A stretch of 47,816 nucleotides of DNA from Gloeobacteraceae cyanobacterium SOY_34_metabat_371 (GCA_031398925.1 JANNOF010000131.1:1-47816), one strand, 5' to 3'; counted from the first letter of the stretch, positions 9,691 to 18,173 are shown. Notes: generated by a model from the sequence alone, not told the origin. Made by a program: numbers and translations.

Positions 9691-10425
9691 TTAAGCAAAG
9701 GTTTTAAGCTGCGCCCGCCATACGGGCCAATCATGGTCTCCTTCCCACACCTCTAGTTGATGACGAATACCATTGCGGTTAAAGATTTCAGCTAGGCGTA
9801 GATTATCCCAGAGGCAAATATCCCGATGGGCTGTGAGCAGTTTAATATCTAGCTGATCGCCGCCCAATTGTTGCCACTGCCCTTGATTCATGTTGGACAT
9901 ATACGCCACAGGATTTATAAAATACAGTTCCCGGTCGCGGTCCTGATGGGAATAGTCACTAAAAAGTGGAGCCGCATTCGCCAGATCATGGGGACCTGCC
10001 AGCGCTAGACAGCGGCGGACCAATTGGGGATGACGCAGCGCTAAATTAAGCGCATGGGTGCCCCCTAGGGAGCATCCGGCCGCAACCAAAAAATTATTTT
10101 GCGCCTGTTGGATGGCATAGGGGATAAATTCTTCTACCCAGTGGCGCTCCAGAGCGAGCCAACGGTCTCGCCGCTGTTGAATAGGCAACGACCGGGCATC
10201 TAGGGTTTCCTGATCTAAAGTCTCAAGGCAAAAGATCTGGAGGTAGCCCTGTTCTAGATGGGATCTTAATCCTGCAATAATCCCCTGATCCTCAAGGTCA
10301 TAAAAACGTCCGCCGCTGGTGGGGAACAACAGCATGGGGTAACCCCAGGTGCCAAAGTGTAAAACGTCTAATTCTCGGCTCAAAATTGAGGAATAAAAAC
10401 GGAAATGGCGGCGCGCGTAGGCCAT
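9691..10425 (-). CDS. Alpha/beta-hydrolase, putative esterase family (esterase D-like)
   Basis: 244-aa ORF with nucleophile elbow GCSLGG and a late GDHDW (His). Size and layout resemble the putative esterase family. An 11-nt gap separates it from the downstream ATP-grasp gene. Confidence 0.65.
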   Translation of the reverse strand: MAYARRHFRFYSSILSRELDVLHFGTWGYPMLLFPTSGGRFYDLEDQGIIAGLRSHLEQGYLQIFCLETLDQETLDARSLPIQQRRDRWLALERHWVEEFIPYAIQQAQNNFLVAAGCSLGGTHALNLALRHPQLVRRCLALAGPHDLANAAPLFSDYSHQDRDRELYFINPVAYMSNMNQGQWQQLGGDQLDIKLLTAHRDICLWDNLRLAEIFNRNGIRHQLEVWEGDHDWPVWRAQLKTFA

Positions 10426-10502
10426 GGGGATTCAGAAATTTTGCCTCAATGACTGTACCACAGGGTGGATCACCGCATCCCCGTGGTATTACAGATTTCC
10501 AG

Positions 10503-10829
10503 TTACCGCAAAGCCATGGTCGGTACTAACTGAGACCGTGCTGCCAGCAAATCTTGTGCAGAAATCGATGGATTAGTAGGGGTATGCATGTCAATTAAAA
10601 CATGGGTAGCCGATAAACACCAAACTTCTAAATGTTGACCATGTTGGACAATTAAACTAGTTGCACCACAGGTTTTGGCATAAAACATTGCCTGTTGTTC
10701 CTCACCATGACAAAATGTCATAGAGCAGGCGTAGACTTGATCCCCCCATCTAATTCCTGTTTCAGTTTCATCTGAGTCCTGCCGTCTGATTTGACAGTAA
10801 TTGACTACTGTTTTATTCAGTATGAGCAT
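10503..10829 (-). CDS. Hypothetical Cys/His-rich protein in a low-GC islet
   Basis: 108-aa ORF with no recognisable motifs. It is flanked by an AT-rich 200-nt upstream region. Confidence 0.35.
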   Translation of the reverse strand: MLILNKTVVNYCQIRRQDSDETETGIRWGDQVYACSMTFCHGEEQQAMFYAKTCGATSLIVQHGQHLEVWCLSATHVLIDMHTPTNPSISAQDLLAARSQLVPTMALR

Positions 10830-10974
10830 TCTGTCCTCTCCTGATTTGCGATTCCCTCTTCTATTATGCGAGGTTTGTTTAGGGTGTGCTACTGTTTGTT
10901 ACAGGAATTTATCAAATTATGAGGATTTATTTGCATTAGTTCATAAATGGTATTTAGCAGCACATTAATGCTCA

Positions 10975-11008
10975 GCAAAAAAATACCCCAGGGATATCTT
11001 CCTTAGGG
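10975..11008 (-). terminator. Intrinsic terminator downstream of iscA
   Basis: On the - strand: CCCUAAGG / AAGAUAU / CCCUGGGG (7 of 8 pairs including one G-U), followed by UAUUUUUUUG, 22 nt after the iscA stop. Confidence 0.55.
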
Positions 11009-11029
11009 CAGATTGTTTTAATTAGTAGA

Positions 11030-11389
11030 TCACGCGGAAAAAGAAGTTCCGCAGCTACACGAACGCTCGGCATTGGGGTTGTTGAACTTAAACCCCCCGT
11101 CCAACAGATCATCACTGTAATCGAGCACCAAGCCATAGAGAAAAAGAAGACTCTTTTTGTCTACGATCACTTTAAATCCGGCGTCGTAGTCATATACTTC
11201 ATCGTGAACTGTGATATTTTCAGGCCGATCAAAGTCCATGGTGTATGAAAGCCCGGAACAGCCACCGCCCTTAACACCGACACGCAAAAAAAGATCGTCA
11301 GGACGACGTTCGCGCAAGCGTAGGACTTCTTCGAGGGCATTAGCGGTCATCTGAATGCCCTTTTTTTTGATGGTAGCGACCATGACCAC
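11030..11389 (-). CDS. iscA: HesB/IscA-family iron-sulfur cluster insertion protein
   Basis: 119-aa ORF with GGGCSG in the N-terminal half and the C-terminal CSCGTSF motif (three conserved Cys). Confidence 0.9.
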   Translation of the reverse strand: MVMVATIKKKGIQMTANALEEVLRLRERRPDDLFLRVGVKGGGCSGLSYTMDFDRPENITVHDEVYDYDAGFKVIVDKKSLLFLYGLVLDYSDDLLDGGFKFNNPNAERSCSCGTSFSA

Positions 11390-11392
11390 TCC

Positions 11393-11776
11393 TTAGGTGC
11401 TTTGCTTGGCTTGATAGTCGGCAATGGCGGCCTTAATCGCATCTTCGGCTAAGACCGAACAGTGAATCTTGACCGGAGGCAGGTTCAGTTCTTTAACAAT
11501 GTCGGTATTACGGATCTTGAGGGCTTCATCAAGGGTGCAGCCCTTGAGATATTCCGTTGCCAAAGAAGAAGAGGCAATGGCGGAACCACAACCGTAGGTC
11601 TTAAAGCGGGCATCTTCGATCACCCCGGCTTCGTTGACCCGGATCTGGAGTTTCATCACATCCCCACACTCCGGTGCTCCGACCATGCCCGTACCAACTT
11701 GGGCATCGGTTTTGTCCAAAGAGCCAATATTGCGGGGGTTATTGTAATGATCAATCACTTTATCGCTGTAGGCCAT
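11393..11776 (-). CDS. iscU: IscU-type Fe-S cluster scaffold
   Basis: 127-aa ORF. MAYSDKVIDHYNNPRN, GAPECGDVMKL, FKTYGCGSAIASSS, LPPVKIHCSVLAEDAIKAAIADY. It is nearly collinear with E. coli IscU as I recall it. Confidence 0.92.
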   Translation of the reverse strand: MAYSDKVIDHYNNPRNIGSLDKTDAQVGTGMVGAPECGDVMKLQIRVNEAGVIEDARFKTYGCGSAIASSSLATEYLKGCTLDEALKIRNTDIVKELNLPPVKIHCSVLAEDAIKAAIADYQAKQST

Positions 11777-11844
11777 GGGTGGTTCCTCAAAAGTCAGCAG
11801 AAAGAAGACTAACTTAGTCTTGTATTAAGCATAGCGCAAAAGTA

Positions 11845-13377
11845 TTAAGCCGTGGGATCTAGCCGTAGAAAGACAGGGGCGGGTTCTCCCGTGGGTTGTC
11901 CAACCACCAATCCTCCCCAAGCCGTATCTTCCCAGCGAAGGGGCATATTAAGATCACAGCCCAACTGACTTAAGATCCGCTGACTCAAACTAGGGGTAAT
12001 GGGGCTAAGTAAGACCGCACTGATCCGTACTGCCTCTAAAACATTGGCTAAGACGGCCAAGGCTTTTTGAGGGTCTCCTTTTTTAAACAAGCTCCAGGGG
12101 GCTTGATCGTCTAAGTAGCGATTACCCGCCCGGGCGATGTTTAAAGCCGCTTCACACGCCCCATTGAAGTCCAAGGATTCATAGGCGGTCTGCGCTAAGG
12201 GGACTTGGTGCTCGGCGGCGGTCCGCAAAGCATTATCCGCTTCTCCCGGTGGGATCAGGCTCTGGTTATTTTTGCGGACTAAAGCTAACGTCCGGTTGAG
12301 TAAATTACCCAAGTCATTGGCGAGATCGGCATTTAAGGTATGTACAAAGCGGTCTAGGGCAAAATCGCCGTCTTTCCCAAACTCAATGCCCTTGAGAAAG
12401 TAGTACCGTACCGCATCGGTTCCGTAGCGTGCCACCAGATCAAAAGGATCTAGGACATTGCCTAGGGATTTACCCATTTTGAGACCATCTTTGGTCAAAT
12501 GCCCGTGCCCAAAGATCTTGTCTGGCAGCGCAACGCCCGCAGACATCAGCATGGCGGGCCAATACACCGCATGAAAGCGCAGGATATCCTTGCCAATAAT
12601 ATGTAATTGAGCAGGCCAACGGGTCAGCGCCTGATCGAGGGTGGGAGCCTCAGTGGGTTCTAGTAGCGCGGTTACATAACCCAACAGGGCATCAAACCAG
12701 ACATAGACCGTTTGGGTCGGGTCCTGCGGGAGCGGAATGCCCCACTGCACCGCCGCCCGTGAAATCGAAAAATCCCGGAGTCCCTCTTTAACCCAGCCTT
12801 TGACTTCGTTAAATCGAGATTCTGGCTGGACAAAGCCAGGATTCGCGGCAAAAAAAGTATCTAAAGCCTGTTGATAGTTAGAAAGCGCAAAAAAATAATT
12901 TTCCTCCCGTCGGGTGACTACGGGTTTGCGGTGCAAGGGACAAAGCTGATCGTCGATCAGGTCCTTAGGGTCTTTAAATTCTTCGCAACCGACGCAATAT
13001 AGCCCTTCGTAATCCGCCTTATAGATGTCACCCTTGGCCCAGACACGGGCTAAAAATTCTTGGACAATGGGGGTATGACGCGGATCTGTAGTGCGAATAA
13101 AACGGTCCGGCTCAATGCCCAACTGCTCCCATAGGGCCTTAAATTCACCCACAATCTGATCACACAGGGCTTGGGGTTCTAGACCCCGTTCTTGGGCGGT
13201 GAGGGCAATTTTCTCCCCATGTTCATCACAGCCGGTGATCATCAAAACTTCGTCCCCCCGCAAACGGTAGTAGCGGGCTAAGGCATCGGCGGCCAAAGTC
13301 GGGTAGGCACTGCCCATGTGGGGGCTAGCGTTGACATAAAAAAGCGGGGTGGTGCAGGTAAAACGCACAATACTCAA
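11845..13377 (-). CDS. metG: Methionyl-tRNA synthetase
   Basis: The class I HIGH-equivalent PHMGSAY follows the conserved TTPLFYVNASPH. Zinc knuckle CVGCEEF...CPLH. KMSKS-equivalent KMGKS. The likely start is TTG 13377 or GTG 13368. The ORF-track start at 13485 would overlap abgT by 82 nt. Confidence 0.9.
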   Translation of the reverse strand: MSIVRFTCTTPLFYVNASPHMGSAYPTLAADALARYYRLRGDEVLMITGCDEHGEKIALTAQERGLEPQALCDQIVGEFKALWEQLGIEPDRFIRTTDPRHTPIVQEFLARVWAKGDIYKADYEGLYCVGCEEFKDPKDLIDDQLCPLHRKPVVTRREENYFFALSNYQQALDTFFAANPGFVQPESRFNEVKGWVKEGLRDFSISRAAVQWGIPLPQDPTQTVYVWFDALLGYVTALLEPTEAPTLDQALTRWPAQLHIIGKDILRFHAVYWPAMLMSAGVALPDKIFGHGHLTKDGLKMGKSLGNVLDPFDLVARYGTDAVRYYFLKGIEFGKDGDFALDRFVHTLNADLANDLGNLLNRTLALVRKNNQSLIPPGEADNALRTAAEHQVPLAQTAYESLDFNGACEAALNIARAGNRYLDDQAPWSLFKKGDPQKALAVLANVLEAVRISAVLLSPITPSLSQRILSQLGCDLNMPLRWEDTAWGGLVVGQPTGEPAPVFLRLDPTA

Positions 13378-13403
13378 TGATCCAGTTCTGCCATGATAGG
13401 GGA

Positions 13404-14930
13404 TCACCCGGCGCCATAGTACAACGGCGCATCTGGACCCAAGGGTAAGCCCCCCACAAACCAAACCAGGAGCATCAAGGTCCAACTAATTAAAAAAGCA
13501 CTGGAGAAGGGCAACATAGCACTAATTAGGGTGCCAATACGGATCTTAGGGTCATATTTTTGGGCGAAGGCAATCACAATGGGAAAGTAGGGATTGAGGG
13601 GTGTAATCATATTTACCACCGAATCCCCCACCCGGTAGGCGGCTTGGATCAGTTCTGGGCTGTAGCCCAAATTCATACCGAGGGGTACAAAGACCGTAGC
13701 CATGACGGCCCATTTAGCTGAAGCTGAGCCAATCAGTAAATCAATTACCGCCGAGATCACGACGATCCCCAAGATCAAGGGCAAACCACCCAAACCAACG
13801 GCTCGGAGCGTTTCGGCCCCGGCAAGGGCCAGCATTAACCCTAAATTGGACCAACTAAAGTAAGCGACGAATTGAGCCGCAGCAAAGGCTAAGACAATAT
13901 AGCTACCCATAGTTGCCATCGTATCGCCAGCCATTTGGGCCACATCTCGGTCCGAGCGGATCGATCCGGTGAGCAGGCCATAGGCTAATCCCGGCAGAAA
14001 AAAAGCCACGGAGAGCAGCAGCACTAAAGACCGATAAAAAGGCTGAAGATTGCCATTTTCACCATTGAGTAAAGCCCCTGGCAAAAAGCTGATCCCGGCA
14101 AAGACGCCCAGAGTTAGCACAAAGATAACGCCAGCCCACCCCGCCGCCTGCTTTTCTCGAACCGTAGTCTCGGTCAAACGGGTTTCTAAACCCTCCGGGG
14201 CTTGCCAGGGGCCTAAACGGGGTTCGACGATCTTTTCGCTGATCCACCACCCCACAGGGGTTAAAACAAAGACTGAAGCCGCCATAAAATAATAATTGGC
14301 CGTCGGCGCAACGAGGTACTGGGGGTCATAGAGTTGGGCGGCGGCCTGGGTTAAGCCCGCCAATAAAGGATCTAAAGAAGTAAGGAGTAAGTTGGCCGAA
14401 AATCCTCCGGCGACGCCAGCAAAGGCTGCGCATAACCCAGCAATGGGATTACGGCCCACCCCCGCAAAGAGTACGGCCCCTAAGGGGATCAACACGACGT
14501 AGCCCGCATCCGCCGCCAAGGAACTCATTACCCCGGCAAAAACGATAGTCGCTGTGATCAAAGTAGGGGGTACTGCGGTAACCAATAACTTTAAAAGGGT
14601 CGCGATCAAACCACTGCGCTCCGCCACACCAATCCCAATCACAGCGACCAATACGGTTCCCAAGGGCGGAAAAGCCGTGAAATTGGCCACAGCTTCTGAA
14701 AAAACGCGCTGGAGTTGGGCTGGAGCTAAAAGATTGACCACCGTGATGGGCTGCTGGGTGGTGGGATTGATCATCGTCCAGCCCGTCAAAGAAATCACCC
14801 AACTGACTAGCGGTACCAAGGCCGCCAAGACCACAAAGAGGGTTAAGGGGTCCGGAAGGCGATTACCCAGCCGTTCAATACGGTCGAGTACTTGCCCTAA
14901 GCGGTTAGAACTGGCGCGCGAATCATTCAT
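13404..14930 (-). CDS. abgT: AbgT-family transporter (p-aminobenzoyl-glutamate / antimetabolite efflux family)
   Basis: 508-aa polytopic ORF. N-terminal RIERLGNRLPDPLTLF and overall collinearity with E. coli AbgT (FTAFPPLG, GRNPIAGL, YYFMAAS, IVEPRLGPWQ). Confidence 0.85.
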   Translation of the reverse strand: MNDSRASSNRLGQVLDRIERLGNRLPDPLTLFVVLAALVPLVSWVISLTGWTMINPTTQQPITVVNLLAPAQLQRVFSEAVANFTAFPPLGTVLVAVIGIGVAERSGLIATLLKLLVTAVPPTLITATIVFAGVMSSLAADAGYVVLIPLGAVLFAGVGRNPIAGLCAAFAGVAGGFSANLLLTSLDPLLAGLTQAAAQLYDPQYLVAPTANYYFMAASVFVLTPVGWWISEKIVEPRLGPWQAPEGLETRLTETTVREKQAAGWAGVIFVLTLGVFAGISFLPGALLNGENGNLQPFYRSLVLLLSVAFFLPGLAYGLLTGSIRSDRDVAQMAGDTMATMGSYIVLAFAAAQFVAYFSWSNLGLMLALAGAETLRAVGLGGLPLILGIVVISAVIDLLIGSASAKWAVMATVFVPLGMNLGYSPELIQAAYRVGDSVVNMITPLNPYFPIVIAFAQKYDPKIRIGTLISAMLPFSSAFLISWTLMLLVWFVGGLPLGPDAPLYYGAG

Positions 14931-14977
14931 TTCCTGAACTTAGGGGCTATGGGTCAAGAAAAATGTGTCTAAACCTA

Positions 14978-15003
14978 CGATTAGGTCAGGCGATTAGGTC
15001 AGG
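14978..15003. repeat. Perfect 13-nt tandem direct duplication, CGATTAGGTCAGG x2
   Basis: Read directly: copies at 14978-14990 and 14991-15003. The second copy contains the Rrf2 stop codon. The pair sits 48-73 nt upstream of the abgT start. It is flanked by the 8-mer CTAAACCT on both sides (14969-14976 and 15005-15012). Confidence 0.9.
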
Positions 15004-15446
15004 GCTAAACCTTTGATCTGAATATTCATATGATCTAACCTGCGCTGTTCGGTAGCCAGATCCGCCAGGGTTGTACTGGCAAGTACACGGGTAAAGGCGT
15101 TTTGGGCCCGGTCCCAGACACTCAAGGAAGGACAGCGTTCCGCCTGGTCACAAATCTGCGGCGTAGCAATACAAAGGCTAATAACCAGCGGGCCTTCAAC
15201 GGCTTCTAAAACCTGCAAAACAGTAATTTGTTCACTAGGACAGGCAAGGCTAAAGCCACCGCGGATTCCACGGTGGGAGTTGACCAACTGGGCTTTGTGC
15301 AAAAGTTGCAGGATCCGGGCTAAAAATTTAGGGGGTACGCCTTGGGCGAGGGCAATGTCATGAACCATAGCTACTTGACCCGCCGGTTGTGCAGCGAGGT
15401 AGGTCATGGCGCGGAGGGCATAATCTGTAGAGCGATTGACCTGCAT
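14994..15446 (-). CDS. Rrf2-family transcriptional regulator, probable Fe-S binding (IscR/NsrR-like)
   Basis: 150-aa ORF. N-terminal STDYALRAMTYLA wHTH, HRGIRGGFSLA, and three clustered Cys (C-x6-C-x5-C) in SLCIATPQICDQAERC. Confidence 0.85.
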   Translation of the reverse strand: MQVNRSTDYALRAMTYLAAQPAGQVAMVHDIALAQGVPPKFLARILQLLHKAQLVNSHRGIRGGFSLACPSEQITVLQVLEAVEGPLVISLCIATPQICDQAERCPSLSVWDRAQNAFTRVLASTTLADLATEQRRLDHMNIQIKGLALT

Positions 15447-15472
15447 AGTATCTATTGTAAGAGGGATTTGGC

Positions 15473-15709
15473 CTAGGGGTCGGTGCCTAGGATATTCTGT
15501 TTAGAAGCTTTGAGCTGTTTCCAAAGACGCTTGATCTCAGCATAGGCATCCTCGGGGGACATTTTACCGCCATTTTCAAGGGCGCACACCATGGTCACCC
15601 GTTGGGAAAATTCTTGGAGATTGGCATCAAAGATCATATTGGGCAGCGAAGCATCGCCATGGAACCTACGGTAGGGAAAAACAAAATCGTCTTTATCGTT
15701 GCTTGACAT
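15473..15709 (-). CDS. Small hypothetical protein (78 aa)
   Basis: Clean ORF with coding-like composition immediately upstream of and co-directional with the Rrf2 gene. No motif recognised. Confidence 0.45.
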   Translation of the reverse strand: MSSNDKDDFVFPYRRFHGDASLPNMIFDANLQEFSQRVTMVCALENGGKMSPEDAYAEIKRLWKQLKASKQNILGTDP

Positions 15710-15886
15710 GGTAGCTCCGTTGACCTTTCATCCTATTATCATGCAACTTTCCCTAAGATTTTTTTTTATAAGGCTTGGCCTAGAGAGAACCATAGCTTAA
15801 GATAGGGTTGCTAGTAGTACAAACATGTTAGTGTACTGCTGGTAGCCAGTCATGATCTGTGGTTAATGCTGAGGAGTGTGCGCGTA

Positions 15887-17719
15887 ATGAAAGCCAAGTC
15901 CGTAAATCTGCTTGCTGAGTACCGGAGTCTGGTGGTAACCGCCACTGCGGTTATGGCCCTAGGAAGTTTGCCCGTTTTTGCCCTGCCTGATACATCAGTA
16001 AAGCAAATGATGGATGGCAGTACTACTGAGGTAGCTCAGGTTAGTTCTGTTTCCGAATTAACTGACGTTGATCCCAATAGCTGGGCCTTTCAAGCGCTTA
16101 AGTCCGTAGTCGAGCGCTATGGTTGTTTAGAAGGTTATCCTTCTAAGGTTTACCTAGGAAATAAGGCACTGACTCGTTATGAGTTCGCCGCTGGCCTTAA
16201 TGCCTGCCTCGAAAAAATCAACGAACTCATTGCCGGTTCAACCGGTAATTTTGTGACCAAGGACGATCTGGCTTCCCTCCAGCGTCTTATGGAAGAATTT
16301 AAGGCTGAGCTAGCCACGCTCAAGGCACGGATCGAAGGCCTTGAAGCCCGTGCTCAAGAACTTGAAGACAACTTGTTTTCAACCACCGCCAAGCTTGACG
16401 CTGAAGTGATCTTCTTGGTCGCTGGTGCTGATTCTGGCGGCGATGGTATCAAAGTCAACAATGCTGAATTGGTCTCTGGGCAAGATAAAGAAGCCGATGT
16501 GATCAGCGGTAGTTCGCAGAACGTTACCTTTGGTGGACGGACCCGGTTCAATATCCGTGCGCGCAACCTAGGTACCAAAGGCGATCAACTGCGGATCCGC
16601 CTCACGGGTCGTACTGGGGATGGTTCTTTTTACGGAACCAACCCTATCGTTACGCCTGGGGCCGATGGTAACCCTAACTTTAGTCGCGTAGGCCGGATCG
16701 ATATTCTTGGTTCTCAAGGTGGCGAAACCACCAACGGCAACCAACCCGTAACTTTTGACAAGGTGTTTTACGAGTTTCCGATGTTTGATAACGCAGTCCG
16801 ACTGACCTTTGGTCCCCGCGTTGAAAACATCGATTACCTAGGCACCAACACCAACACCGCTAACGAAGGTAAAAACTTCGCCCTGCGGGTGTTTCGCCGC
16901 AACACTGCTATCTCCTTGCTCAGCACCTCTGTGCCTGGGGCAGCCTTGACCTGGAAGATCAGCCCTCAAGTTGATCTGCGCGCTTACTACGGTGCCACCG
17001 CTGGTGGTCGTTCCTCCCGTGATGGCAGCGGTGGGCTCGGTGGACCCGGTCAGCTTGCTGTGGAACTAGGGTTCAGACCTTTTAAAGAGGTCAACCTAGG
17101 GGTGGGCTACTACCGCACGGTTTGTAATGCCGCCAATTCTGGTCTTGGATCTGCTGAAGAGTCTCCTAGTACCCAAAACCGTCTCTTTTGTGATGCTAGC
17201 GTCGGCGGGAGCACCCGCTATCCCTTCAACTCTGGTGTCATCAACAACGTCCAACACGACACGTTCAACGCCCACTTAGATTGGGATATCAGCCCGAGTA
17301 TCAGTCTATTTGGTCGGGTGTCCTACGGTAACGTCTCCCTCAGTGATCTCAACATTGGCGACAATGTCGATTACGGCGGTGATCTTTCCTACAACGAATG
17401 GATGGCTGGGGTGACCTTTAAAGATCCCTTCGGACGCAAGGGGGATGCGATTGGTCTAGCAGTGGTTCAACCTGCTTTTATCACCAGCAACAACACCTAC
17501 TCTGGAACCTTTAACTCAGATGTACTGCAAAGTGTTCCTGGGGAAAAAGGTGGCGATTTGCCCCGCGTCGCCGAGTACAACTACGGTGCTTACTATCGCC
17601 TAGGCGTTGCCAAGGGGATCAGCATCACACCTGAGCTGTACTTCATCACCAATGCTGGTGCCATCGAAGGCCAGCCCACGGTGACCATCGGTTTACTCAA
17701 GGCAACATTCGAGTTCTAA
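15887..17719 (+). CDS. Outer-membrane porin, SLH domain + coiled coil + OprB-like beta-barrel
   Basis: Signal-like N-terminus from MKAKSV (ATG 15887; the ORF track starts at 15866). SLH motif WAFQALKSVVERYGCLEGYP...LTRYEFAAGLNACL, then a coiled coil, then a long Gly/Asn/Tyr-rich alternating barrel ending in a terminal F (ATFEF). Confidence 0.85.
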   Translation: MKAKSVNLLAEYRSLVVTATAVMALGSLPVFALPDTSVKQMMDGSTTEVAQVSSVSELTDVDPNSWAFQALKSVVERYGCLEGYPSKVYLGNKALTRYEFAAGLNACLEKINELIAGSTGNFVTKDDLASLQRLMEEFKAELATLKARIEGLEARAQELEDNLFSTTAKLDAEVIFLVAGADSGGDGIKVNNAELVSGQDKEADVISGSSQNVTFGGRTRFNIRARNLGTKGDQLRIRLTGRTGDGSFYGTNPIVTPGADGNPNFSRVGRIDILGSQGGETTNGNQPVTFDKVFYEFPMFDNAVRLTFGPRVENIDYLGTNTNTANEGKNFALRVFRRNTAISLLSTSVPGAALTWKISPQVDLRAYYGATAGGRSSRDGSGGLGGPGQLAVELGFRPFKEVNLGVGYYRTVCNAANSGLGSAEESPSTQNRLFCDASVGGSTRYPFNSGVINNVQHDTFNAHLDWDISPSISLFGRVSYGNVSLSDLNIGDNVDYGGDLSYNEWMAGVTFKDPFGRKGDAIGLAVVQPAFITSNNTYSGTFNSDVLQSVPGEKGGDLPRVAEYNYGAYYRLGVAKGISITPELYFITNAGAIEGQPTVTIGLLKATFEF

Positions 17720-17740
17720 ATTCCTTGATTGAGCAGTAAA

Positions 17741-17770
17741 GCCGGGGCCCTGTGCCCCGGTTTTGTTTTG
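17741..17770 (+). terminator. Intrinsic terminator after the porin gene
   Basis: CCGGGGC / CCTGT / GCCCCGG (7-bp perfect stem, 17742-17760) followed by TTTTGTTTTG, 22 nt after the stop codon. Confidence 0.8.
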
Positions 17771-17811
17771 CGTAATACACTGAAGTAAAAGATTACTCAG
17801 GAGCACCACAG

Positions 17812-18033
17812 ATGAAGGTTGGGGATCAAGTCAAAGTCAAAGTTCCTGTACTGGTATACACCCATCCAGAACACCGCAATGAAGCCCATAACATTGAGGG
17901 CATGGAAGGCGAGATCGAACAAATTTTATTGGAGTGGCATGGTAAACCCATCAGTGCCAATTTCCCCTACAAAGTCAAATTTGATCGTCGTTTTAAGGCG
18001 CACCTTTCAGAGGAAGAGTTAGCGGTCCTATGA
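17812..18033 (+). CDS. ftrV: Ferredoxin-thioredoxin reductase variable subunit
   Basis: 73-aa ORF. MKVGDQVKV...VYTHPEHRN...GMEGEI...EWHGKPISANFPYKVKFDRRFKAHL matches the cyanobacterial FtrV pattern as I recall it. Confidence 0.8.
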   Translation: MKVGDQVKVKVPVLVYTHPEHRNEAHNIEGMEGEIEQILLEWHGKPISANFPYKVKFDRRFKAHLSEEELAVL

Positions 18034-18173
18034 AAGGAAATCTGCTCTTTTTTGGGGTCATGGTCTTGTTTTTATTGGCGTTGGTGATCGTTTCATCACG
18101 GCCTTTTTTGCCAGAAGAACTGAAGCAGCCCGCCCCAGTGAGTAGGGTTGATCGCTTATTGCCTCGTGTCTGA
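18030..18173 (+). CDS. Candidate 47-aa single-TM small protein, translationally coupled to ftrV
   Basis: Not in the ORF track (too short). The ATG at 18030 overlaps the ftrV TGA (ATGA). Product: MKGNLLFFGVMVLFLLALVIVSSRPFLPEELKQPAPVSRVDRLLPRV, with one clear hydrophobic helix. A GAGGAAGAG purine run lies about 12 nt upstream. Confidence 0.35.
   Translation: MKGNLLFFGVMVLFLLALVIVSSRPFLPEELKQPAPVSRVDRLLPRV

Noticed and set aside
10443-10490. Imperfect hairpin CCACAGGG / 13-nt loop / CCCCGTGG downstream of the 108-aa ORF
   Set aside because: It has one internal mismatch, a long loop and no U-tract on either strand, so it is not convincing as a terminator.
13378-13485. N-terminal extension of the MetG ORF (start at 13485)
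   Set aside because: It would overlap the abgT 3' end by 82 nt and adds a non-conserved, Gly/Cys/Arg-rich leader before the conserved TTPLFYVNASPH. TTG 13377 or GTG 13368 fits better.
14050-14937. ORFs 14050..14292, 14059..14250, 14449..14802 and 14554..14937 within abgT; likewise 34541..35345 within pmbA
   Set aside because: They are nested in or antisense to strongly supported long CDSs and have the low-complexity Arg/Gly/Pro-rich translations typical of off-frame GC-rich sequence.
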